Source of the DNA: Terriglobia bacterium
Lineage (GTDB): Bacteria; Acidobacteriota; Polarisedimenticolia; Polarisedimenticolales; JAIQFR01
Direction: 5' to 3'
Assembly: GCA_963748015.1 (NCBI GenBank)
Contig: CAVVHE010000004.1
Coordinates: 704,001 to 768,000, forward strand
Length of the DNA stretch: 64,000 nt
The position numbers and the translations under genes were made by a program. Under the pieces are notes generated by a model, which saw only the letters and a program-made list of their open reading frames with translations, searched no databases and was not told where the DNA came from. Position 1 is the stretch's first letter; each line of letters opens with the position of its first letter. Positions 32,137 to 40,515 of this stretch are shown here, piece by piece.

Positions 32137-33954
32137 ATGGGGGTCGCCGTGCAGGAATTCTTCGCTCGGTTTTCGCCACCGTCCCGCGCCGCGCGCGCCA
32201 TCGGCGCATCGATGCTTTGCGTCTGTCTGTCGGCGGGCCGGTCGGCGGCTCAGGTTCCCCTGGCGAGCGCGGACGTGAGGTTGCAGTCCGAGGGCGCCGG
32301 GGGTGGGACGCTCGCCGTGCGCCTGACTTACCCGGCCAGCGTCACGAACTACCGTTACCCCGACGGGGCCCCGGTCGCCGTCTACCTCGCGGGCGGGTTC
32401 ACCCCGGGAGGGTTGGGGGGATCGCCACGTATCCCGCAGCAGGGATTCGTCCTGGTCACGTTCATCTACCCCGGGGGCAGCGAAGGTGCGACGGCTTCGG
32501 ATGGCATCTACGACTACCGCGGCGATAACTGCCAGAAGGCGCTCCGGGACATGATCCGGTTCGCCGGAGGGGTGGCGACCGACACGCTCGGCCGATTGAT
32601 CGACGACGTCGTGCCGGGACCGGTGCATCCGGGACTGGTGGGTCTCGCGCCGTTCTCGAACGGGCTCATCGGGCTGATCACCCTCGATCGCTACGGCGCG
32701 GAGATTCCGTTCACGCCGTACCACGTGGGTTGGGAGAATCCGACGAGTGGGCAGATTGTCGCCGTGGAGCTGGGCGGTATCCGGGACGACTGCGACCCGG
32801 CGACCGACAGCGACGGGAACGGGATCCCCGGGGACGACGGGCGCAATCCGTGGTACGACCCGGCGACGGGGTACGGTCCGTCCTCGTTCGCGGTGGACTT
32901 CGGCGTGCTCGCCTTCGACCCCCTATTCCCCGGGCGATACACCGACCCGACCGGTCGCTGCGCGGCGGTCAACCAGGCGGGTGCGGTGTTCCACGACGGG
33001 CGGACGAACGGCAGGGTGGACTTCATGCCCGGGGCTTTCGGCTGCCTCGATTACGACGGCGACGGCACGATCGAGGCGTCGGAGGACTACAAACTGGGAG
33101 GAATCGCGACATTCACCGCCGCCTGCGGGATCGAGATCTTCCATTCTCGCGAGACCACCCGCGCGTTGAGCGAGCGGAACGTCTTTCCCGGCGTCTGGCC
33201 GTCGTGGATCGCTACCGTCGAAGAATCCGGCGCGTTCTGGGACCTCCGCGATGCGACCGCGCACTGGGACGGCATCGCGTCGCGCTTCCCGCGGCTCAAG
33301 GCGATGACGGTGTTCAGCAGGAAGGACCACGTGCAGTCGCAGTCGGATCATCCCCACGTCCGCCAGGCCATGGACGGGATTCGGTCCCACGGACTCTGGT
33401 ACCGGCTCAACGCCGACGCGGCCTATTTCGCGGCGGTCAACGGATCTCTCCCGGCGGGATATGTCGAGACCGCGGCAAACGCCGACGTGCCGCCCGGCGA
33501 GATGTCGGCTCACGGGGAGCCCTCCGGCACCGCGAGCGACGACATGAGTGCCTCGGGGCTCGCCGAGATGGCCGATCGCCTCCACGCCGGGTGTTGGTGG
33601 GCGGATCTCGACGGGACGATGCCCGCCGCCTCCCTCGTCGCGCCCGAAGCGGGGGACATCGCTCTCGGGTCCGACCGGAGCGGGATCTCCTGGACAGCGG
33701 CAGACGGAGCGTATTGCTACGACGTCCTTCGGGGTGATCTCACCGCGCTCGCCGACGACGGGGCCAGGGTCGTCCTTGGAGGCGGGTCGTGCATCGAGGA
33801 GGATTCGGCCGACACCGTCGCGGCCGATGAAACGTTTCCGGGTCCCGGACAGGGGTTCTTCTACGTTGTCAAGCCGAACGGTTTGCACGGAGGGTACGGA
33901 GTATCGTCCGCGGGCCGCCCAAGGGTGGACGTCTTTGGAGCGTGCGTCCCCTAG
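32137..33954 (+). CDS. Secreted hypothetical protein (possible alpha/beta-hydrolase-like fold) with shared C-terminal domain
   Basis: Long ORF with coding bias; APFSNG and DH motifs; C-terminal YDVLRGDL..GFFYVV..GGYG..C.P. Confidence 0.7.
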   Translation: MGVAVQEFFARFSPPSRAARAIGASMLCVCLSAGRSAAQVPLASADVRLQSEGAGGGTLAVRLTYPASVTNYRYPDGAPVAVYLAGGFTPGGLGGSPRIPQQGFVLVTFIYPGGSEGATASDGIYDYRGDNCQKALRDMIRFAGGVATDTLGRLIDDVVPGPVHPGLVGLAPFSNGLIGLITLDRYGAEIPFTPYHVGWENPTSGQIVAVELGGIRDDCDPATDSDGNGIPGDDGRNPWYDPATGYGPSSFAVDFGVLAFDPLFPGRYTDPTGRCAAVNQAGAVFHDGRTNGRVDFMPGAFGCLDYDGDGTIEASEDYKLGGIATFTAACGIEIFHSRETTRALSERNVFPGVWPSWIATVEESGAFWDLRDATAHWDGIASRFPRLKAMTVFSRKDHVQSQSDHPHVRQAMDGIRSHGLWYRLNADAAYFAAVNGSLPAGYVETAANADVPPGEMSAHGEPSGTASDDMSASGLAEMADRLHAGCWWADLDGTMPAASLVAPEAGDIALGSDRSGISWTAADGAYCYDVLRGDLTALADDGARVVLGGGSCIEEDSADTVAADETFPGPGQGFFYVVKPNGLHGGYGVSSAGRPRVDVFGACVP

Positions 33955-33966
33955 CGGGCGACCGTC

Positions 33967-34899
33967 TCACGATTCTCCGCCGGGGAAGGACCACTTGGCT
34001 CGTGCGAGAGCTTTGGCGGCGGGGCGCCGCGATGCCCTAGCGGCCAACCGCTTCGCCCCTGATCCGCCGCGACCCCGCTTCCTGCCGAGAGTCTGCCGGA
34101 CGAGATCGAGCGCTTCCTCTTCTATCTGCCGGACACGCTCGTGGCTGAGGCTGAGTATCTGGCCGACGGCCTTCAACGAGAGCGCGCGCTCCCCGGCGAG
34201 GCCGTAGCGCCGCGAAAGGACCCGGCGTTGTTGCTCGGAGAGGTCTTCCATGGCGTCCAGGACCATTCGCAGCGACTGGGTACGGATCATCTCGTCCTCC
34301 GCAGTGGGTTTCCCGCGATCCTCCAACCGGTCCGCAAAGGTCCATTCAGTACCTGGTTGCGGGGCGTCGAGGCTCACCTCGCTGATGTGGACGCTCGCTC
34401 GCCCTGCGCGTCCGCGTGAGCCTCGTGCGAGGTGGTCCTGGATCTCTTCTTCGGTCGGGATCCTCCCGAGGTCACCCCTGAGCGTACTCTCCGTCTCGCG
34501 CGATTCTCTCGCCTTGCGCAATTGGTACTCCGGAAGGCGAACGACCCGCGCCTGGTCGGCGAGGGCACGGAGCAGCGCCTTGCGAATCCACCAGCGCGCG
34601 TAGGTCAGGAAGCGCGCGCCACGTCCCAACTCGAAGCGGTGCGCGGCCTCGATGAGGCCGAGATTCCCCTCGTTGACGAGGTCCTCGAAGGGAACGCCGT
34701 AGTCGCGAAACTCCTTGGCGGTCTGGACGACGAACGCCAAGCTCGACTCGACCAGCGCGTTGGGAGCGCCTGCGTCATCGCTCTCGCGAGCGCGCTCCAC
34801 CGCCAATGCCTCCTCCTCGGCGGTGAGCACTGGCCGGGCGGCGATCTGTGCTAGGTAGCGCGCCAGCCCAGGATTCGAAGACCTGCGCTTGCGTGTCAT
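33967..34899 (-). CDS. Alternative sigma-70 factor (RpoD/RpoS-type, no region 1.1)
   Basis: YL.QI..PVLT.EEE, DLVNEGNLGLIEA..RF, TYA.WWIR, SLD, SHERVRQIE. Confidence 0.92.
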   Translation of the reverse strand: MTRKRRSSNPGLARYLAQIAARPVLTAEEEALAVERARESDDAGAPNALVESSLAFVVQTAKEFRDYGVPFEDLVNEGNLGLIEAAHRFELGRGARFLTYARWWIRKALLRALADQARVVRLPEYQLRKARESRETESTLRGDLGRIPTEEEIQDHLARGSRGRAGRASVHISEVSLDAPQPGTEWTFADRLEDRGKPTAEDEMIRTQSLRMVLDAMEDLSEQQRRVLSRRYGLAGERALSLKAVGQILSLSHERVRQIEEEALDLVRQTLGRKRGRGGSGAKRLAARASRRPAAKALARAKWSFPGGES

Positions 34900-34917
34900 G
34901 GTTCGTACCTGTCGCGT

Positions 34918-35475
34918 TCAGTCGTCCCCGTCGCGTGTGCTCGCTTGCCGATAGACGGCCGTCGAAGCCGCCGGGGGAACCGCCTCCGCGGAAGATGCCA
35001 ACGCACCGATGCTGAGCGGATGGGAGATACGCCCGCCCTGGTGGGCAGCGTCGACGAGGGTCAGCGTGCCTGCGACATAGAGGACGATGAAGATCGCGTG
35101 GACCGGCAAGTGGATTCTCCGGTCGAGCTCACGGCGGAGGAGCGGGGGAAGGAGAATCAGCGCCGCCATGATGAGCGTGAGCGCGGAGAAGAAGGCGCGG
35201 GCCGTTTCCGCGGCATCCTCGTGGCGCTCGACGGCCGCCGCTATCGCGGGGGTCTTTGCGAGCGCATCGCCCGCGGCCTCGCCGGTCGTGGCGGCGAGCC
35301 ACATGCCGGCGGTGCCGAGCGCTACCATCGCGAGAGCGGAGGTTGCGAAGGACCGAGCATGCCGCCATGGCACCAGCCCCGCGACGAGGAAGAGCGGAGC
35401 CGAAACGAGCAGCGCGATGGGGAAGTGGATCACCAGCGGGTGCAGTCCTTCCCAGGTGGGAACCGGTGGCAGCAT
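34918..35475 (-). CDS. DUF2231 membrane protein
   Basis: HPLVIHFPIALL, TGE.A, HE..A, AH.GG motifs. Confidence 0.85.
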   Translation of the reverse strand: MLPPVPTWEGLHPLVIHFPIALLVSAPLFLVAGLVPWRHARSFATSALAMVALGTAGMWLAATTGEAAGDALAKTPAIAAAVERHEDAAETARAFFSALTLIMAALILLPPLLRRELDRRIHLPVHAIFIVLYVAGTLTLVDAAHQGGRISHPLSIGALASSAEAVPPAASTAVYRQASTRDGDD

Positions 35476-35532
35476 CCTCTTGCCCCTCTGTCGACGTGGC
35501 CTCGGGGGAATCCCGTGGCGACCTGTTGCATG

Positions 35533-35548
35533 GGCAAAGGGCGTGCCA
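35533..35548 (-). promoter_or_regulatory. Sigma-54 promoter
   Basis: TGGCACGCCCTTTGCC matches TGGCACG-N4-TTGC; lies between the activator gene and the DUF2231 start. Confidence 0.78.
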
Positions 35549-35653
35549 GCCTCGAAGGCGGTTGGCAAGTGCGCAGAACCGCGACAATCGCCGCCGTTCT
35601 CTCCGGAGGGGAGCGAAGCGCGTGCGAGCTTTCTTACGAGGTGGAGAAGGTCG

Positions 35654-37057
35654 TCAAGATCCTTCGACGAGGCGGTGCTTACGGAGCTTGTAGGCCATGT
35701 CGCTACGGGAGATGCCGAGTCCACGCGCCGCTTCCGCCTGCACGCCATCGCCGGCCCGAAGGGCACGGGCGAGAAGTGCACGCTCGACCGAGTGCATGAC
35801 CTGGCGCAAGTCGACCTTCTCGGGAAGCGAGGCGACGAAAGTCCCGGCCGATTCGGGCGTCTCGCGATCGGTCATGCGGTCGAAATCGGGGTCCATGGCG
35901 TCGAGGGGGAAATCGTCGGGGCCCAGGGCGTCGCCGCGCGCGAGAATACACGCGCGCTCGAGGAGATTGCGCAGTTCCCGGACGTTGCCCGGGAAGCGAT
36001 AGCGGGCCAGCTTCGCGAGGGCTTCCGCGCGGATCCGTCGTACGGGCAGGTTGAGGTCTCTCGACAGGCGGTCGAGGAGGCTTTCCACGAGCACGGGGAG
36101 GTCTTCGATCCGGTCGCGTAGGGGAGGAATCGAGATTGGAACGACGGCTATGCGGTAGTAAAGGTCTTCGCGGAAAGACCCTTCCCGGACGCGCTGCCGG
36201 AGGTCTCGGTGCGTCGCCACGACGAGCCGGACGTCCACCGGCCTCGAGGTGTTCGAGCCGACTCGGACGACGCGCCCGTCGCTCAGCACTCGGAGGAGCT
36301 TCGCCTGGAGCGACGGGGACATCTCTCCCGCTTCGTCGAGAAAGAGGGTGCCGCGGTGGGCGCTCTCGAAGAGCCCCTGTCTTGCCCGGTCCGCGCCGGT
36401 GAACGCGCCGCGTTCGTGACCGAACAGCTCGCTTTCGAGCAGCGTTTCCGGGAGAGCGGCACAGTTGACGGCCACGAAAGGCTCGGCGGCCCTCGGGCTG
36501 CCGTCGTGGATCGCGCGCGCAGCCAGTTCCTTCCCCGTTCCGGTCTCGCCCTCGATGAGCACGGTGGATCCGGCCGGGGCGACGCGAGCGATGGTCTCCC
36601 GGAGGGCGCGCATGGCCTCGGACGCGCCGAGAATCTCGCCGGAAGGGCCCAATCGGCGGACCTCGACCCTGAGGCGCTGGTTCTCGCGGAGGAGGCGGGC
36701 CCGCTCGCAGGCCCGGCGCACTGCGGCACGCAACACGTCCGGCTGGAAGGGTTTGGTGACGAAGTCGAAAGCGCCGCGGCGCATCGCTTCGACGGCGAGC
36801 TCGACCGACGCGAACGCGGTGAGCATGACGACGGGCAGCGTCGGGTCCGCCTCGCGCGCGGCGGCCAGGACCTCGAGTCCTTCGCCGTCCGGCATCTTCT
36901 GATCGGTGATCACGAGGTCGAACGGGCCGGAGCCGACGAGCGACGTTGCCTCGCGCACTCCTGCCGCCTCGGTGACCTGATGACCGTCCTCGAGCAGGAG
37001 AAGCGCGAGGATCGTCCGAAGATTCGCCTCGTCGTCCACGACCAGGACGCGCGCCAT
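35654..37057 (-). CDS. NtrC-family sigma-54-dependent response regulator
   Basis: Receiver domain, GETGTGKE, ESELFGH..GAFTGA, PGNVREL, Fis-type HTH. Confidence 0.96.
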   Translation of the reverse strand: MARVLVVDDEANLRTILALLLLEDGHQVTEAAGVREATSLVGSGPFDLVITDQKMPDGEGLEVLAAAREADPTLPVVMLTAFASVELAVEAMRRGAFDFVTKPFQPDVLRAAVRRACERARLLRENQRLRVEVRRLGPSGEILGASEAMRALRETIARVAPAGSTVLIEGETGTGKELAARAIHDGSPRAAEPFVAVNCAALPETLLESELFGHERGAFTGADRARQGLFESAHRGTLFLDEAGEMSPSLQAKLLRVLSDGRVVRVGSNTSRPVDVRLVVATHRDLRQRVREGSFREDLYYRIAVVPISIPPLRDRIEDLPVLVESLLDRLSRDLNLPVRRIRAEALAKLARYRFPGNVRELRNLLERACILARGDALGPDDFPLDAMDPDFDRMTDRETPESAGTFVASLPEKVDLRQVMHSVERALLARALRAGDGVQAEAARGLGISRSDMAYKLRKHRLVEGS

Positions 37058-37061
37058 CGGC

Positions 37062-38381
37062 TTACGCGTCCCCGGATGCGGGCCCGGTGTCCGGCCCGGA
37101 GGGCAGGCGGAGCACGATCCTTACCCGTCCGGGCTCGTTGTTCTCCAACCGGGCGTCGCCCCCGTGGGCTCTCGCGATGTTCCTGGCAATCGCCATGCCG
37201 AGGCCTGTCCCGCCGGGCTTCGTTGTGAAGAAGGGCTCGAAGATCCTCGTGGCGACGTCGGGAGGGATCGCCTGTCCCTCGTTCTCGACGAAGAGGTCGC
37301 ACGTGTCGTCGAGCGACGGTGCCGCTCCGAGAGTCACCTGCCGCCCGGGCGGCGTGGCGTCGATTGCGTTCAGGGCGAGGTTGAGAAGGGCCTGCTGCAC
37401 CTGGAACGGGTCCATCCTGGTCGCGAGAGATTCGGGGCAGTCCACTTCGACGCGTACGGCTCGCTCGGAGGCCTTCGCACGGACGAGATCCGCGACGTAG
37501 CCTACCGCCGCGCCGACCGGAGTGAGCTTGAGCTCGGGCTTGCGGGTTCGGGCGTAGGAGAGAAAATCGTCGGTCAGGGACTCGAGTCGGCTCGCCTCGG
37601 CGGCCGCTATGCGAAACATCTCGTCGCGCCGCTCGGGGGAAAGGGATCCGCTCGTGGCGGCGGCGAGCGAGCTGCCGATCATGGCGACCGGGTTCCGGAT
37701 CTCGTGAGCGATCCCGCTGGCCAGCCTGCCGACCGCCGCCAGCTTCGCTTCGGAGACAAGCGTGTCGCGCGTCCGCTGGAGCTCGCGCAAGCTACGTTCC
37801 ACGTTGGATTGCTCGCGCCGCACGTCGCTCGCGAGAAGCCATACCACCGTCCCGACGAGGAGGAACAGGAGCGAGACGTTGAAGGCCTCGAAGTACTCGC
37901 CGACGAGGACCGGGGGGTGTCTGGCGAAGAAATAGTGAACCTCGAGGAAACTGAGCAGGCTGGCGAGCGAGGCGACGCCCAGCGTTCCCGCCAGGGAAAA
38001 ACGGAACGCCGCCGAGATCACCGGGAGGACGAAGAGCACCGAGTATTGCCGATCCGGGATTTCGCTCAGGAACGCCGCGGCGCCGACGAAAGCCACCGCC
38101 AGCCAGACGGATACGACGAGGTACGCCCGGATGGCGGCGGGCGAAGGCGGTACCCGGGTCGCCAGCAGCCATACCAGCTCCAGCACGAGTACGAGGAAGA
38201 ACGAGGACAGCGTGAGGATCAGCGGGCGGTTCGGGACTCCCATCACCGGCCCGGCGGCCACATGCACCAGGAGCAGGATCGCCACGACCGCGAGGTTGGC
38301 GACGATCAGGATGGACTCTTGCCTTCGGAGGGACTCGAAGTCCAACGCAGGGCGGAGCCACGACGCTTGCCGGGAGGCCAT
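37062..38381 (-). CDS. Membrane sensor histidine kinase
   Basis: Multiple TM helices, AHEIRNP H-box, LLNLALNA, FEPFFTTK, GTGLG. Confidence 0.95.
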   Translation of the reverse strand: MASRQASWLRPALDFESLRRQESILIVANLAVVAILLLVHVAAGPVMGVPNRPLILTLSSFFLVLVLELVWLLATRVPPSPAAIRAYLVVSVWLAVAFVGAAAFLSEIPDRQYSVLFVLPVISAAFRFSLAGTLGVASLASLLSFLEVHYFFARHPPVLVGEYFEAFNVSLLFLLVGTVVWLLASDVRREQSNVERSLRELQRTRDTLVSEAKLAAVGRLASGIAHEIRNPVAMIGSSLAAATSGSLSPERRDEMFRIAAAEASRLESLTDDFLSYARTRKPELKLTPVGAAVGYVADLVRAKASERAVRVEVDCPESLATRMDPFQVQQALLNLALNAIDATPPGRQVTLGAAPSLDDTCDLFVENEGQAIPPDVATRIFEPFFTTKPGGTGLGMAIARNIARAHGGDARLENNEPGRVRIVLRLPSGPDTGPASGDA

Positions 38382-38558
38382 CGCGCGAATGATCGCACGT
38401 CGTGGCGACGGGGCCAAGACCGGGTCGGTGGCCCGACCGCGGAACGAGACGGAGGGGGCGTCGAAACGGGGATGAAGTGACGGACGGAGCCCAGGTGGGA
38501 ACGCGTTGGCGCCGGACCGCGTGGACGGGCGGTCCGGCGCCAACGTCGACTGCGAACG

Positions 38559-38885
38559 CTAGCCCTCGACCTTCTCCACCTTGGTCGCGGCCAGCCACAT
38601 CTTGCCGTCCTTCTTGGTCACGGTCCCGGTGACCTTGGCCGCCTTCTGGCCCTGGCAGGTGTGTCCGAACTTCTCGAGCGCCTCGCTCTTGGCGAGGAAG
38701 TAGTTCTGGCCTCCGGCGACGAGAACGTCCTGGCATTCCGTGACGCCCTCGAGCTTCAGCGTGCAGTGCGCGCACGCGATGTTCCCGGAAAGGGTGACCG
38801 GCTTCTCCTGCTCGCCGGCGTACGCCAGGAACGCCAGACCTGCGGCGACCATGACCATCAACGCGATCGTGCCCGTCTTCTTCAT
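38559..38885 (-). CDS. Small secreted CxxC protein (DUF6370-like)
   Basis: Signal peptide, L.G.I.CAHC, further Cys/His, V.GTV..KDG; TATAAT upstream. Confidence 0.75.
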   Translation of the reverse strand: MKKTGTIALMVMVAAGLAFLAYAGEQEKPVTLSGNIACAHCTLKLEGVTECQDVLVAGGQNYFLAKSEALEKFGHTCQGQKAAKVTGTVTKKDGKMWLAATKVEKVEG

Positions 38886-39043
38886 GAAACGTCTCCACGC
38901 GCCTCCAGAACGGCGCCTTGTACGAGGTGGACCGAAACGATCCTCATTATAGCCATCCCGCTCCGGAGCGCCGCCCGGCCGCGGTGGATCGGGGCGCTCG
39001 AGAGGCCTCCGGCACGAAGCGAACGGCTCGTCCCGTGGCGGGC

Positions 39044-39811
39044 TCAGGGCGAGCGGCGCCAGGCGTGGACGGATTCGCGCTGCGTCCCGGGGACCGTGGC
39101 ATCGGCGAGAAGGCCGAGCGCCTCGAGGACAACGGCCTGGTGGAGCCGTGCGTTACCCGGATCGCCCGCGGGGGCGCCGAACGGAAAGCGCACCGAGAGG
39201 GCCCGGGGGGCCCCGACGATGCGTGTCAGCTCGGGTATCAGGGTCAAGGCGACCGTCGGGATTCCTCGCGATTCGAGCTCTCGGGCGAGAATGCAGACCG
39301 TCTGCACGCAAAGGGAGCAGCTCGGCAAGAGCACGACGGCGCCGACCCGGTCCTCGCCGAAGATCCTCGCGATCCGGTCCGCGGAATCCAGGAGGCCGGG
39401 CAGCGGCCGGACGATTCCTCCCGAGAGACTGATGTGGCGAGGGGCCGGCGGGCCCGTGAGGCCGCGCTCGTGCAGGGTCTCCAGGGCTCGCAGGGGAAGC
39501 GCGACCTCGGGGTCTCCCGGGATGTACCTGCGGTCGACGTACGGAGCCAGCAGGTCGAGTCGCTCGGGCTCCGTGCCCCTGGGCACGATCCGGAAGGAGG
39601 TGTCGCCGAGGGGCTCGTCGGCGAAGGGGGAGTCTCCCAGAAGATGGAGGCCCGCGGTGCCGATCAGAGCGACGGGCCCACGCGCGGCATCAGGCGGCGC
39701 CTCGCACCACGGGATGGGGCCCGGCGAGAAGAAGGCGAAATCGGGGTCGACCTCGGCCCGGATCGAAGCCAGCAGTCGATCGATCATGGAAGGAGGGGCG
39801 GTGTCGCTCAC
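39044..39811 (-). CDS. Glycine/betaine/D-proline reductase selenoprotein B (GrdB/PrdB)-like protein, Cys variant
   Basis: VALIGTAGLH..D.PF..GDTSFR..P, PL..L..L, LLPSCSLC.QTV..LARELE..GIPTV, PRA..V.FPFG.P.G.P. Confidence 0.8.
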   Translation of the reverse strand: MSDTAPPSMIDRLLASIRAEVDPDFAFFSPGPIPWCEAPPDAARGPVALIGTAGLHLLGDSPFADEPLGDTSFRIVPRGTEPERLDLLAPYVDRRYIPGDPEVALPLRALETLHERGLTGPPAPRHISLSGGIVRPLPGLLDSADRIARIFGEDRVGAVVLLPSCSLCVQTVCILARELESRGIPTVALTLIPELTRIVGAPRALSVRFPFGAPAGDPGNARLHQAVVLEALGLLADATVPGTQRESVHAWRRSP

Positions 39812-39948
39812 GACCTATCCTCGGACCACGAGATCGTCGCTCGTGGACAGCACCGGTTATCACCTTCCGCGGAGAAGGGCAAGCGCGGGTGCGGGCAAAC
39901 CGGCCGAATTACAGACAATTAGCCTCCTGTTATCCGATGAATCTCACC

Positions 39949-39978
39949 TTGACGCTCGAGGGTTAGCCGACGTAAAAG
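39949..39978 (+). promoter_or_regulatory. Putative promoter of the precursor peptide genes
   Basis: TTGACG-N18-TAAAAG about 95 nt before the first precursor ATG; the -10 is weak. Confidence 0.35.
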
Positions 39979-40072
39979 GAACGCGGTCCGGGAGGGGAGC
40001 CGCGCGCGGCACGGTACGCCGCGCGAATTCGTCCGCCCGACCCGAGGCCCTCTTACGGAAGGAGGATGATTC

Positions 40073-40189
40073 ATGAAGTTCATCGTTCCGCCCCAGAAGG
40101 AAGAGACGCAGGACGCCGCCTTGATGAAGCCGATCACGCTTTGCTGGAAGTGCAGCGAGAACCCGCGGGCTTGCGGTAGTCCACTCTAG
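40073..40189 (+). CDS. Putative RiPP precursor peptide 1 (38 aa): MKFIVPPQKEETQDAALMKPITLCWKCSENPRACGSPL
   Basis: GGAGGA RBS at 40061-40066; translated by hand; paralog 236 nt downstream; next to radical SAM/SPASM and ATP-grasp genes. Confidence 0.88.
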   Translation: MKFIVPPQKEETQDAALMKPITLCWKCSENPRACGSPL

Positions 40190-40308
40190 ATTCGTCGGAA
40201 GTTCCGTTCGAACGGCCTTCGCCGAGCGCTCGGGGAATTCCCGGCGCGAGCGTGAGGGGAAGGACGATCATCGTCGGCCGTGAGCGGCATGACAGGAGGA
40301 TAGTCGAG

Positions 40309-40425
40309 ATGAAGTTCATCGTTCCGCCCCAGAAGGACGAGACCCAGGATCGTATTTGCTCGAGAAACGTCACGCTGTGCTGGCTGTGCAGCGAAGATCC
40401 CAGGGCGTGTGGTGATCTGATCTAG
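40309..40425 (+). CDS. Putative RiPP precursor peptide 2 (38 aa): MKFIVPPQKDETQDRICSRNVTLCWLCSEDPRACGDLI
   Basis: AGGAGGA RBS; 25/38 aa identical to precursor 1, with synonymous codon changes. Confidence 0.88.
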   Translation: MKFIVPPQKDETQDRICSRNVTLCWLCSEDPRACGDLI

Positions 40426-40463
40426 CTTCGATCGAGCGGTCGAAGTCATATCGGTTCGATCGA

Positions 40464-40510
40464 TCCTGCCCGGCGAGCCGCTGGCCGGGAAGCCCTCTCG
40501 CCGGGCAGGA
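40464..40510. terminator. Perfect 14-bp inverted repeat between convergent transcription units
   Basis: TCCTGCCCGGCGAG-N19-CTCGCCGGGCAGGA; no clear U-tract. Confidence 0.5.
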
Positions 40511-40515
40511 AAGTG

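Noticed and set aside
39044..39811. Possible selenocysteine recoding in the GrdB-like gene
   Set aside because: No in-frame TGA. The position is an ordinary Cys codon.
39919..40373. Two minus-strand ORFs sharing VSSFWGGTMNF
   Set aside because: Antisense shadows of the duplicated precursor leaders. The RBSs and synonymous-change pattern support the plus strand.
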